In this document: positions 1 to 11,024 of the stretch, piece after piece | Numbering within the stretch: the first letter of the stretch is position 1 | Layout: every line of letters starts with the position of its first letter | From: Octopus bimaculoides | Taxonomy: Eukaryota | Reading direction: 5' to 3' | Assembly (NCBI RefSeq): GCF_001194135.2 | Contig: NC_068984.1 | Coordinates: forward strand, 52,589,223 to 52,627,299 | DNA: 38,077 nucleotides | Notes under the pieces: generated by a model | What the model was told of the DNA's origin: nothing | The model's database searches: none | Seen by the model: the letters and a program-made list of their open reading frames with translations, nothing else | Program-made: the position numbers and the translations under genes

Positions 1-293
1 GCATCAGTAGTGCTTTTACTTGGCACGAACCCAAACTGCATCTCATCTAAATTGATTCGCTCCCTAATTAGTTGGGCTATGACCCTCTCCGTAACTTTCA
101 TAACCTGATCTAACAGCTTGATGCCTCTGTAATTATTTGTATCTAAAGCATCACCTTTACCTTTGTAGCAGTTGACTATGGTGCTGCTACACCAGTCATT
201 GGGTATGACTCCTTCGTGTAACACCTGGTTCGTAATACGGGTGACTAGGCTGTAGCCAACACTGCCAGATATTTTGAGCATCTCTGCAGTGAT
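1..293 (-). mobile_element. RTE-clade LINE reverse-transcriptase fragment, cut by window start
   Basis: Reverse complement reads ITAEMLKISGSVGYSLVTRITNQVLHEGVIPNDWCSSTIVNCYKGKGDALDTNNYRGIKLLDQVMKVTERVIAQLIRERINLDEMQFGFVPSKSTTD, typical of the non-LTR RT N-terminal region (YRGIKLL, QFGF). It matches 37741-38033 with 8 mismatches in 293 bp. Confidence 0.93.
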
Positions 294-469
294 CAAAGAT
301 AGAATTGACGTAGTGATTAATGAGGGGTTTGAATACAATATGACTGGCAGGAGGAGGTGAGACAAGTGAATAGAGAGTGTCTGACTGGAGTTGAACTTAA
401 TTGAAATCATGAACTCCATCATTGTTCCTCCCACCTCTGGCCATCACTTTACCATTCCAAATCCTTCAA

Positions 470-712
470 ATCCATTTGAAGAACCTGTGACCAAGCCAAT
501 TATGGAGTCTCTATATAGTTGCTCAACCTGCTTAACATAACAACTAAATTTCTTTTAATCATATTCTATTGTCTTATATGAGGACAGAAAACATTAAATA
601 ATAAAGTCCAACATAACCCACAAAAGACAGAGTGGTCATGGCCAGAATAACTTTGATCATAGGTTTGTTTGATTAAGGTTGACCTGGGGTTAAAAACAAC
701 TACAATAATGTT
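470..712 (+). mobile_element. Old SINE-like interspersed repeat, 3' part
   Basis: Ends in 'ctttgatcataggtttgtttgattaaggttgacctggggttaaaaacaactacaa', an (AAC)-type tail. Recognised from memory only; no second copy in the window. Confidence 0.35.
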
Positions 713-879
713 AATTTTTTTTCATTCCTTATGGTATATGAAATTATTTATTTTTATAAACTAACCCCATGGGATTTACATGAGAAATAATCATTTCATC
801 ATATTGAAATTATTATTTCCCTTCCAATAACTGTGACCACTAGGGGAATCTCCTGTCCTATTGGATTTACTAATATGTG

Positions 880-1096
880 GAAATAATCCTTTCTACTATA
901 GGTTCAAGGCCTGAAATTTTGAGGGATGGGGGCTAGTCATTTACATTGACTTAAGTGCTCAACTGGTAATTATTTCATCGGCCCTACAATAAGCAATGTC
1001 AACCTCAGCAAAATTTGAACTTAAAACATGAAGCTAGAAGAAATGTGGCAAACATTTTACCCAGCATGCTAACGATTCTGCCAGCTCGTTGCCTTA
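880..1096 (-). mobile_element. tRNA-derived SINE, family B (diverged)
   Basis: Reverse complement begins ggcaacgagctggcagaatcgttagcatgctggg with a B-box-like 'agttcaaattt' and is homologous to 24060-24290 and 26600-26797. Confidence 0.8.
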
Positions 1097-1357
1097 CTAA
1101 TATTGAAATACTAACAAGTAATTATATATTTAACATATGTCTGAGTGCATTTGGATATGAGAAGATCTTCCACTAGGGAAATAGACGAACATTCTTCTCC
1201 TAGACACAAGTGAAAACTTATCTTGAGCTGTGAATGATGTCAATGGATCATAGGATACATGCATTCTTGCGTTCTTTTGCTTCATCAACTACGGACACCA
1301 AATCTGTCAGTTACAGCCCAATAAGAATGGAATTATTATTATCAAAACAGCAAATGT

Positions 1358-1562
1358 GGGGAGCTGGCTGAATCATTAGCATACTGGGCAAAATGCTTAG
1401 CAGTATTTTGTCCATAATTACATTCTGGGTTCAAATGCTGTTGGGATCAACTTTGCCTTTCATCCTTTTGGGGTGGATAAGATAAGTGCCAATTGAACAC
1501 TGGGAGCAATTTATCCCCTTCCCTCAAATTTCTGAACTTATGCCAAAACTTGCAGCCATTAT
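1358..1562 (+). mobile_element. tRNA-derived SINE, family B
   Basis: gagctggctgaatcattagc...gggttcaaatgc...caactttgcctttcatccttttggggtggataagataagtgcc; same head and core as the other family B copies. Confidence 0.85.
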
Positions 1563-2143
1563 TACTAAAACAGCTTACAGTATGTTAGCTGACATGCCTA
1601 AAGCTTCATTAAAATAGAATTAAATAAACCTTGTTGCACAAAGCAGTACTGAATAAAATATGTTCATGGCCATGTCATATTTAACATGTTAAATGAATAC
1701 ACTTGATTCAATACTGCTTCATGCAACATTATTTATATAAGAATAATAACATTTAAGAATTACTATGAAGATATTTGGTCGCACCCATAGGGCAGAGTAG
1801 TATAACGTTACTTGTCATAAAATTAGTTGCTAACTTCAGCTCATCTTCTTACATTTGGTTTCTGTTTCCTTCCATCATTCGATACAAATTTAATGTTTTA
1901 CTCTCATTTCACCACTTTATAAGATGAATAAACAACTGTTACAGACAGGCAAGAATCTAGTATAGTATCAGGGTTAGATAAAATTTGATATATGAAAATT
2001 TAGACACATTACACTCAGGAATATAATATAAAATTGGACAATTATATAAGGAGTGTAATAAAAAAAATCATTCCACCTATTATCTCATGGGTAGATTATT
2101 GTCAGATGAAAATGAGACACTTTCCACAATGTTAGGTTTCAAT

Positions 2144-2290
2144 TATCATCATCATCATCTTTATTGGTTCAACATCCACTTCTCCATGCTTTGATTCGTT
2201 GAAGTAGATTTTCTACGATTGAATGCCCTTCCTGTCACCAACCCTTACTTGCTTCCAAGCAAGATAATATTTCCTCATGGTTGGACAAGT
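2144..2290 (-). mobile_element. RTE LINE 3' tail fragment with (CAT)n
   Basis: (CAT)n followed by 'aacatccacttctccatgct' and 'aatgcccttcctgtcaccaaccc', the complement of the tail seen at 6685-6845. Confidence 0.75.
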
Positions 2291-2396
2291 TTTCACAGAA
2301 GGCTTAAAACAAGGGACACCAATTGTATGATGCTAACATTCATTTATAACTTTCACCTCATGATGTCAAGACAAGGAGACACAGACGTGCACCCAT

Positions 2397-2436
2397 GCAC
2401 ACACGCACGCACACACACACACACACACACACACCA

Positions 2437-2489
<53 letters not shown>
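2397..2489. repeat. (CA)n microsatellite
   Basis: Direct reading; it explains the HT-repeat ORF 2219-2542. Confidence 0.97.
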
Positions 2490-2491
<2 letters not shown>

Positions 2492-3141
2492 AATATTAAT
2501 GCAGTATATGGGGATCGGACAATAAGTGTAAGCCAGTGTTAATGGTGGTTCCAGAAATTCCGAGCCGGAAACTACAGCCTAGAAGATGAGACTCATCCTG
2601 GAAGATCTGTAGAACTAAATAAGGACATCCTGGAAACCCGGTGGAACAAAATCCCATCATAACTGTTGAGGAACTGTCAGAGAAGCTTGGGTTTGATCAT
2701 TCAACCATTCATCGACACCTGTGCTGGAAGAAAAACTACTATCTTTGGTTTCAAAAGGAAAGGTGTTCTTCCAATCAGGATAATGCTTAGCCACATACAG
2801 GTAGGATGACATTCTAAACGCTGGAGTAGTTTGAATGGGAAACGATGCCCCACCAACCATATTCGCCGAACATTGCTCCATCTGATTATCATTTCTTTCA
2901 CAGTCTTCAAAATCATTTGGACGTAAAAAATATGAATTGTGTAGACAAGGTCAGAACAGTACTGGAGGAGTATTTTTCATTATGGACAAGTGAATTTTGG
3001 AAGAAGGGCATTGCAAGTCTACCAGATAGATGGAAGAGCATTGTAGAAAATGAAGGAGAGTATATTTTAGATTAAAAAAGAACTTTGTTTATCTTAATTT
3101 TGAAAAATAATAGAGGTATAAAAAATGCATTATTTATGAGA
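2490..3141 (+). mobile_element. Internally deleted, inactive mariner transposon
   Basis: N-terminal NINAVYGDRTISVSQC..WFQKFRAGNYSLEDETHPGRS..EQNPIITVEELSEKLGFDHSTIHRHL is joined to the C-terminal 'PHQPYSPNIAPSDYHFFHSLQNHL...LPDRWKSIVENEGEYILD*'. The YSPxxAPSDY motif is the mariner signature. The element ends at an N gap. Confidence 0.92.
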
Positions 3142-3199
3142 NNNNNNNNNNTTTAGGTCATTTGTAGTATGAATATAGAAAAAGACACACAGCTCATCT

Positions 3200-4355
3200 A
3201 AGAAAAACTGTATTTGAAAACAAATTGGTACAAATAATCTTGAGAATGCTTTTATCACACCCATTGAATGTATCCACTGTTAGCATCAATGGGTGTTTCA
3301 GTATGGCATCAGAAGTGTTGAAATGCCTGAATCAGATGATCATTATCAATTTTGGTTATGGTGGACTTGAGAGATTTTATGGTTTTATGAGGGTGTTGAT
3401 TGACCTGTCTTTTGGCTACACCCTATGCATAATACTTTAGTGGATTGAGGTCTGGTGAGCTAGGAGGTCATGTTTCTGGAAGAAAATGATCATGGAGATT
3501 GGCATACATCCATACTTGGGTTGTCCTAGCCTAATGAGACAGCATACAGTCTTGATAGAAGACATATGGTCTTCTGTTGTGTGCTCTGTCTATCCAGGGC
3601 CTCAGAACTTTCTCTAACATCTCTGTGTAGACAACAGCTTTGACTCTTAAACCTTGTGTAGAAAAACTGAGGAAGCATGACATCTCCCTCATTGCTGATA
3701 ATTCCAGAGAACCATCGCAGTTGCTGGGAATTTAATATGCATGATCTCTGGAGCGTTATTCAGGTCTCTGCATAACTATCTGTTGTTTCTTAGGATAACT
3801 TCAGGTCCAGATCAAAGTTTTTCTCATTGGAGAAAAACCAAACATTCCAGCCTCTTGATATCTTAACTTGTTTAGCAAGCACTTTGCACAGATCAAACGA
3901 TTCTCTGTCACATCCAACATAAACTGAACCTTTCACATCACATACAACTTGTACCAGATGTTTTCTGATAGTGCATTCTGAAAACTTGAGGTCCTTTGCA
4001 ATGGCTCTGATTAACTTTCTCGGGTTCCTATCGATTATTTCTTGAATATTTTACACAAAATTATGCATTCTGATGATATTAGGACCCTGTGCATGCATTT
4101 TGCTAATGTTGGATCTCCCGTCAGCAGCTTCCAGCTCCTTTCAAACTTTAACAACAGAGAATCATGCAATTGTCAGAAAGTGAGTTATCTCTGTATCACT
4201 ATGCTGTGCTTCTAAAGCAACAATTACAGTGTCTTTTCATTTGCTGAGTCAGCCTGCTGTCTGACATTATTTATCTGAAAAGTAAGGTAAAAAAAATAAG
4301 TCAGATGAAAGTTGTGCTCTTGAAAGAGTGTCCTCAGAAAAACTGATGCATCCTG
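3200..4355 (-). mobile_element. Degenerate Tc1/mariner-superfamily transposon, maT/DD37D-like
   Basis: Minus strand gives WFFSNEKNFD, GIISNEGDVMLP, EKVLRPWIDRAHNRRPYVFYQD and (W)PPSSPDLNPLxYY, with many stops. Terminus 'gatgcatcctg' plus TA at 4355. The subfamily assignment is inference from the SPDLNPL(D)Y motif. Confidence 0.8.
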
Positions 4356-4367
4356 TATATATGTATA

Positions 4368-5645
4368 TGAGGGTAATTAAAAAATTATTCACACTCTTGT
4401 TTCTGTAATTTATTAAAAGCAAAGGCAGAGAGAGAACGATTACATTATTTTTTGATATAGTTTCCTTGCTTTATGATGCACTTCTTCCAGCAGTCCACAA
4501 GCTTGCTTATTCCATTGGAGAAAGCATGCAGGTGGTTGCATGGTCATTTATGCTCCACTTCTTGTGCTTCTTCATCCATAGCAAATCAATGACTTTGTAA
4601 AGGATGTTTGAGCAGTCCAAAACGGTGATGGTCAGAAGGAGTGAGATCTGGACTGTAAGCAGGGTGTTCCAGTGATTCAAAACCCAATTTTTCAATGGCT
4701 TCAATGGTGTGGACAGTCATATGCAGTCATGTGTTGTTGTAATACTTGATATGACGATAAACTTTGATGTTTGGTGTGAATTGCTGATTTCAGTTTGTTG
4801 GCCAGCATTTCTCTGTAGCCTACACAAGTGACTGTCCTTTTATGGGTAATGTTTCAGTTGAGGCCTTTTTGCATCCTGAAACTGATTAGCATCATTTTCT
4901 CTACAGAAGGTTGAACCCTGAATTTCTTTTTCTCTGACAATTCCAGATGTTTCCACTCCATACTCTGCCTTTTGGATTCTGGCTCAAATTGGTGGACTCA
5001 GGTCTCATCTCTTGTGATTATTCTCTTGAAAAAAGCTGTACCTTCATCATTGTAATGGTAAAATAAGCATTGACAGATCTCCACACAATTGCACTTATGT
5101 GCTTTGGTAAGCTCTCTTGGCACCCATCTCATACAGACTTTACAGAAGCAAAGTTTGTTATGGATGAACGATTTCATATGTAGAACCATGACTAATTTGC
5201 AGAGAATATGCCACCTCATCGATGGTCACTCATCAGTTCATCAGAACCATCTCTCGAGCATGTTGAATGTTCTCATTAGTGGTAGAGGCTGATGAGCATC
5301 CTGATCTCTCTTCATTCTTGTCCAGTCATTTTTAAACCTCTCAATCCACTTATGCACACTTGTACACAATAGAAACTTCCCTCGTATTGTACTGAAAGCC
5401 TGTAATGAATTTTAGCTTCTGACGCACCTTCACACCAGAGCAAGTGGATCACTGATCTCTGTTCATTGGTGCTCACTTCCAGCAGAATGATCAAGTTTAC
5501 TCTGTCACGCAAGAAAGAAAACTAGAATGATCAAAGTCAAACCTCAGTTACATAACACAAGAGTACAACCTAACATAACAGTTATGTAACACAAGAGTAT
5601 CACCTTTCTGACATCATAGGTGATTGAATCTAGCTAACCCTCAGT
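4368..5645 (-). mobile_element. Near full-length degenerate mariner transposon
   Basis: EQRSVIHLLWCEG (N-terminal HTH), WVPREL, IITRDET and LEHPAYSPDLTPSD on the minus strand in broken frames. TA plus 'tgagggtaattaaaaaatta' terminus at 4368. The 5' boundary is approximate. Confidence 0.9.
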
Positions 5646-5699
5646 GTATTTATTGAAAGGTTCCAATCAATTATTTACAACTCCTGTTTGTGCTTATAG

Positions 5700-5884
5700 T
5701 AGAAAGGATTATTATAATTATTATTAGTAGTAGTATTAGTATTATTATTATTATTAGTTCAAAGTCAACTTTGTCTTTCATCCTTTCAGGGTTGATAAAT
5801 TAAGTACCAGTTGAGTACTGGAATCGATGTGATCGACTGTCTCCCTCCCCACAAAATCCAGGCTGTGTGCCTATAGTAGAAAGG

Positions 5885-5917
<33 letters not shown>
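5700..5917 (+). mobile_element. SINE family B 3' fragments with (ATT)n tails
   Basis: Core 'gtcaactttgtctttcatcctttcagggttgataaattaagtaccagttgagtactgg' and two 'tatagtagaaaggattatt(att)n' tails. Confidence 0.8.
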
Positions 5918-5959
5918 GATTACCCATAGCCTATGTCATGAAGGAGGCATGTTGGCAAT

Positions 5960-8340
5960 ATTCCATTGAATATCTGGCCTACATACAAAATTAATGTCAT
6001 ATTTGAGGCTGCACTTTCAAATGATAGCATGCAATCATATAAAATGTGAAACCATTACAAATCACTCAAGCACATTAAAAAAAAATCTGTAATAGTTTCC
6101 AATTAAGGAAAACATTGAATTAGATATTTAGTGATGTATTTTCTAAAGTAAGCAATAGTTTACTTACGAAACATAAAGGTAATTGTAGGAGCTAGTAAGC
6201 TGCATAATAGTAGTGAAACTTTAATTTGCTAGAAGCCAGTATGCTCCGTTGGATGTGTAATGTCAATGTGAATACCCGTCAGAGTGTAAGTATCTTGAGA
6301 GAAAAGCTGAACATTAGAAGCATCAGTTGTGGTGTGCAAGAGAGACGATTGCGCCGGTATGGACATGTGGTGAGAATGGATGAGGATAGCTGCGTGAAAA
6401 AGTGCCACACCCTAACAGTTGAGGGAACCCGTGGAAGAGGTAGGCCCAGGAAGACCTGGGCTGAGGTGGTGAGGCAAGACCTTCGTACATTGGGCCTCAC
6501 TGAGGCGATGACTACTGACCGAGACCTTTGGAAATGTGCTGTGCGNNNNNNNNNNNNNNNNNNNNNNNNNNNNNNNNNNNNNNGGTGGCACATAAAAGAT
6601 ACCATTTCAAGCATGGCCGTTGCCAGTATCGCCTGACTGGCCTTCATGCAGGTGACACGTAAAAGCACCTACTACACTCTCTGAGTGGTTGGCGTTAGGA
6701 AGGGCATCCAGCTGTAGAAACTCTGCCAAATTTAGATTGGAGCCTGGTGTTGCCATCCGGTTTCACCAGTCCTCAGTCAAGTCGTCCAACCCATGCTAGC
6801 ATGGAAAGCGGACGTTAAACGATAATGATGATGATGATGATGATATCTGTAGTGATTTCAACTGTATTGAATCAAAGTGAATATGAAATTATCAAGGTCA
6901 TGTCTTTGAGCAACTTATCAATATCAAGGCCCACTGACGAAATGGTTGAGGATGTAGGAAAACATTGAATTGGACAATAACAAGTGAAACAGTTTCTCTC
7001 TGCAAATCAATGAATCCAATTTAAGGGATAATGATGTCTTCCTGATGCTGAATGTGAAATTTTTGGATAATAATTAGCTCCAAGAAAAAATTTGCTTTGC
7101 CCATAGGCATATGACAGACACCAAATTGGAATGAAAATTTTAAAAGAATTTGAGACCTAATTCAAAGAAACCAATATTCAGCTTGGATATATAATGGTTC
7201 ATGCAACTTGGTGCAAAATGGTGCTGCTTCTATAGTAGATAGATCTAAGGTGTTCATTGCTTATTTAAAAGTATATGCCTTAGGTTTTTTTGTATACACT
7301 ATGTGGTCTACTGTCTACATTTGGTTGCAAAACAATTGGGCGGATGTCTACAAGATGCCCTTTCGATTGTAATAAAAGCAGTCAACTTTATCAAACAGAA
7401 TGCACTTGAATATCATCTTTTTTGGTAACTTTGTGACAAAAGAAAAATGACATAAGGTTTGAAATCCCCCTGATACATGCCACAATTTGATGGCTGTCAA
7501 AAGGTAATTGTGTCTATTGCCTTGTAGCACTTTGGGACAGTATTGTGTTATTTCTGAATAGTAAGTAGCTTGGTGAACAGTTAGTTGCTGCCAGGTGTGA
7601 TGTATCCTACTTCTCAGATATATTTAAAAAGCTTAATTCACTGAATAAACAGTTACAAAAAGAAAACTGTAATATTATATCTTGCAAAGAGGCTATTGCT
7701 GCTCTCAATGAAAAACTATTCAGAATTATATAGGACATAACCAGTGACACTAAACTGTACATTAATAATCTTACTGTGCATTTGAAGCATTTGTACAGTG
7801 GTATGAAAGTTTGGTTCAGTGACTTGCAAGATATGAGCATTCCAGGTTAGAAGATGGATCCATTTTGGGTAAATACAGCTGATGTTGACATTATGTTACA
7901 GGAAAGCATTTGTGAGTTACAGCGTGTTGGAACAACTCAAGCTTGTTTCAAACATAGCAAGTTTAAGTTACAGAAAAGTAGTGAAAGTGTGAGGAAGTGT
8001 CTATTTCTTTGAAAAGTAGAGTTGTATACTGTATGTTATTGCTTTTCTCATTTCTCTTCTTGGTGAATCTGCCTTTTGCCAGATAATTGACCCACTATCC
8101 AATGCAAACAACCCCTTTGATATTGTAAGGAAAGGTGATCATTTGTCACTAATAAAAGTGTACCTGTATACTGGGAAAACCCTTGAGTTTACATCAGCCA
8201 CAAGGCTTACAATGAACAAAGTGTCAATCATAAGAATATATTTTTGTTACTATAGATGCTTTGAAGAAAAAATTTTTGTAACCATATATTTTGTTGTATC
8301 GCAGGAGGGTCGTTATGCCAATAATAAACACATGCACTGA
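5960..8340 (+). mobile_element. Degenerate hAT transposon (Charlie/Buster-like), split by an RTE insertion
   Basis: Broken frames give LSNDSMQSYKM.NH and SETLI upstream of 6226, then ISTVLNQ, MSLSNLSISRPTDEMVEDV, an LQ(I)NES-like first-Asp motif, GAAS, HLVAKQLGGCLQDALSIVIKAVNFIKQNAL, WLSKGNC and FSDIFKKLNSLNKQLQ. The order is colinear with hAT transposases. Boundaries are approximate. Confidence 0.8.
6226..6845 (+). mobile_element. 5'-truncated RTE LINE (C-terminal ORF, 3' UTR, (GAT)n tail)
   Basis: EASMLRWMCNV..LREKLNIRSISCGVQERRLRRYGHVVRMDEDSCVKKC..VEGTRGRGRPRKTW, followed by the 'gtggttggcgttaggaagggcatccagc...ggacgttaaacgat(gat)n' tail. Contains an N gap. Confidence 0.93.
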
Positions 8341-8341
8341 T

Positions 8342-8564
8342 TCAGTTTCACTTCTTTATTATTCATTAATTGGTGACTATTTTTAACCAACTAACTAACT
8401 GGTTGTTTGATTAATCAATCACATGTGTTTGGCGAAGTCTTTTCATCATCATTCATTAATTTTTCCAAGACGTGCTCTGTCATCTTCAGGCCAGCTTCTG
8501 GTCTGTCTCAAACAATTGGTTAGAATAATTAACCAATTGATGAATAATAAAGAAATGAAACTGA
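8342..8564. mobile_element. Foldback/MITE-like element with 49-bp inverted arms
   Basis: 8342-8390 versus the reverse complement of 8516-8564: 42 of 49 identical by manual alignment. Confidence 0.65.
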
Positions 8565-8890
8565 TCCAGTTCATGTTTATTATCGACATAATTACCCTAC
8601 TGGGGTGCAACAAAATCTGTTTCGACACACAAGTTCATATGAAGAATCTTGCAAACCAAATACAAATATCATACAGTATTAAATAAAAAATGCATTATTA
8701 AAATTAATTAGTAGCAGCTCTTATAACTTTATGCAATTAGCAAAATTTGTTTACTAATTAATACATAGTTTTATTTGCATAGAAACAGTTGTTTTGATAA
8801 GCTACTACCAACAATTTGTTTTTATATGATACAGATGCAATTAGTAAATGCTGCTTACTGACAACAAATATGTTTGTTATACATATATTG

Positions 8891-9075
8891 TTTACTCTTT
8901 TACTTGTTTCAGTCATTTCACTGCGGCCATGCTGGAGCACCGCCTTTTAGTCGAGAAAATCAACCCCAGGACTTATTCTATCGGTCTCTTTTTGCCAAAC
9001 CGCTAAGTTACGGGGACCTAAACACACCAGTATCAGTTGTCAAGCGATGTTGGGAGTACAAACACAGACACACAC

Positions 9076-9132
<57 letters not shown>

Positions 9133-9297
9133 TACGATGGGCTTCTTTGAATTTCCGTCTACCAAATCCACTCACAAGGCTTTGGTCGGCCCGAGGCTAT
9201 AGTAGAAGACACTTGCCCAAGGTGCCACGCAGTGGGACTGAACCCGGAACCATGTGGTTGGTAAGCAAGCTACTTACCACACAGCCACTCCTGCGCC
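8891..9297 (-). mobile_element. Full-length tRNA-derived SINE, family A, with internal (CA)/(TA) microsatellite
   Basis: Minus-strand head ggcgcaggagtggctgtgtggtaag (A-box-like) and ggttcagtccc (B-box-like), a central microsatellite, and a 3' end 'atgactgaaacaagtaaaagagtaaa'. Confidence 0.93.
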
Positions 9298-9527
9298 TAT
9301 ATGTAAATATATCTTGTTTTTTTGTTACTTGGTCTTAACCCTCTCCCTTCATCATTTTTCAAATTTACTAGTATTCTTGGTAATTTTTTTTCTTTGTTTT
9401 GATCATTAAACCCCTACTAACACTTAATTCCTCTTGTTACTCCCCATTCTTCCTCCCTTTTGCTTCATGGCTAATTTTTGTTCTGACTCTTATTACTCGT
9501 TATTTATTCAGCACTACTAATAAATAT

Positions 9528-9530
9528 CAA

Positions 9531-9619
<89 letters not shown>

Positions 9620-9620
9620 T

Positions 9621-9681
<61 letters not shown>

Positions 9682-9700
9682 CTCTCTCTCTCTCTCTATC
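9528..9700. repeat. Compound (CT)n/(CA)n microsatellite
   Basis: Direct reading. Confidence 0.97.
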
Positions 9701-10114
9701 TATCTATTGCTGTTTCTGTCTCTGTCTCTTTCTCTCTTCAACAAAGGGTTGTGCTCAAAATGCTAGATTTCTTGTCTTTCTCATGACAAAATAATTTATT
9801 GTTCTGTGAATATTTTTTTTTTAGTGATTCCACACTATAGTAAACTTACGCTATAACATTAACCACACTTCATCACCATTGCTAAGTTAATGTTAATATA
9901 TTTAATGCAAGTAGCATTATTCCACTGCATAACTATTTTTAGAAATAATATGTGGTAAGGTAAAAAAAAAATCAATATTAGTCACTTACCAATATTATTT
10001 TGATTATTTCTGAAAGAACAGGAGATAATACTTTGCTGTTGTGTTACCATGACCCCTCAGCAATACATGGGCTTAATTGTAGTTGCCAAAGTACCGAAGA
10101 AAGAATCATTTAGT

Positions 10115-10313
10115 TGCTTTCTTTTATCTTTTTTTTGTTTCAGTTATTTGACTGCAGCCATGCTGAAGCACCACCCTAAAGAGTTTTAAAAGCCTAGAAC
10201 TTATTCTAATGATCTTTTGGTCCAAACAGCTAATTTACAGGGACGTAAATATACCAACACCAGTTGCCAAGCAGTGGTGGAGGACAAACAGACACAAAGC
10301 CACATACACATAG

Positions 10314-10352
<39 letters not shown>
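10115..10352 (-). mobile_element. SINE family A, 3' half, ending in (CA)n
   Basis: 'gtttcagttatttgactgcagccatgctgaagcaccacc...ggacaaacagacac' is homologous to 8891-9075. Confidence 0.85.
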
Positions 10353-10355
<3 letters not shown>

Positions 10356-10376
10356 ATATATATATATATATATATA

Positions 10377-10598
10377 TAAGGGGGTGCTGAATAGTTCCTG
10401 GCTTTAAGGGTATAGTGAAAGACCTAGTTGAAGGCCCAACATTCTGAGTTCATTAACGGGGCTTAGAAAAACTGAAGGATTGCTGCAACAAGTGTGTGAA
10501 TCTGAGAGGGGAATATGTTGAATAAAATCTTACTTAACTGATCCTCCTGTATTTTTTGTTGAAAAGTTCCAAAGCCAGGAACTTTGCAACACTCCCTT
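10377..10598 (+). mobile_element. Mariner-derived MITE
   Basis: Inverted ends 'gggggtgctgaatagttcctggcttt' and 'aaagccaggaactttgcaacactccc', TA flanks, and an interior encoding the mariner C-terminus GLEKLKDCCNKCVNLRGEYVE*. A second copy lies at 25382-25598. Confidence 0.88.
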
Positions 10599-10618
10599 AT
10601 ATATATATATATATATAT

Positions 10619-10685
<67 letters not shown>

Positions 10686-10686
<1 letters not shown>

Positions 10687-10990
10687 GTCCAGTGTAATCC
10701 GTGGGTAGGAGACGTGCAGCCGGAGAGTGTAGAGTTCAGAATAAAAACAGTCCAGAATGAATAAATCCAGAATGAAAGAAGGTAGAATCCAGAAGTTCAT
10801 GCTTGATGAGTAGAGACAGGATTAGCTGGTGCGCCTTGTTTTTCTCCTTGTTTTTCTCCTTATTTCTTTCTGTTGAAGAGCGTAGCTCGAAACATTAAAG
10901 ACTTTCTTTATTCTCGAGTGTTAAACTAATACATCCTTTTGTTGTTTACACCACCTGTCCTCGTCTGTTGTTGTTTTTTCGTAAATTCTC

Positions 10991-11001
<11 letters not shown>
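10686..11001 (+). mobile_element. Penelope-like element 3' end, flanked by (TAGA)n and (TA)n
   Basis: Carries 'tgaagagcgtagctcgaaacattaaag', resembling the GAAGA..CTCGAAAC terminal motif of Penelope-like elements. Its end is homologous in reverse to 12277-12330. Confidence 0.5.

Positions 11002-11020
<19 letters not shown>

Positions 11021-11024
<4 letters not shown>

Noticed and set aside
295-355. Open segment RIDVVINEGFEYNMTGRR before a gtgaga donor
   Set aside because: There is no credible acceptor; it abuts the RTE breakpoint.
9230-9297. tRNA-like A and B boxes (also in other SINE heads)
   Set aside because: These are SINE promoters with no cloverleaf or acceptor stem, so they are not tRNA genes.
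8874-9794. The longest ORFs in the track (154 aa and 131 aa)
   Set aside because: They are read-through of a SINE and of dinucleotide repeats.
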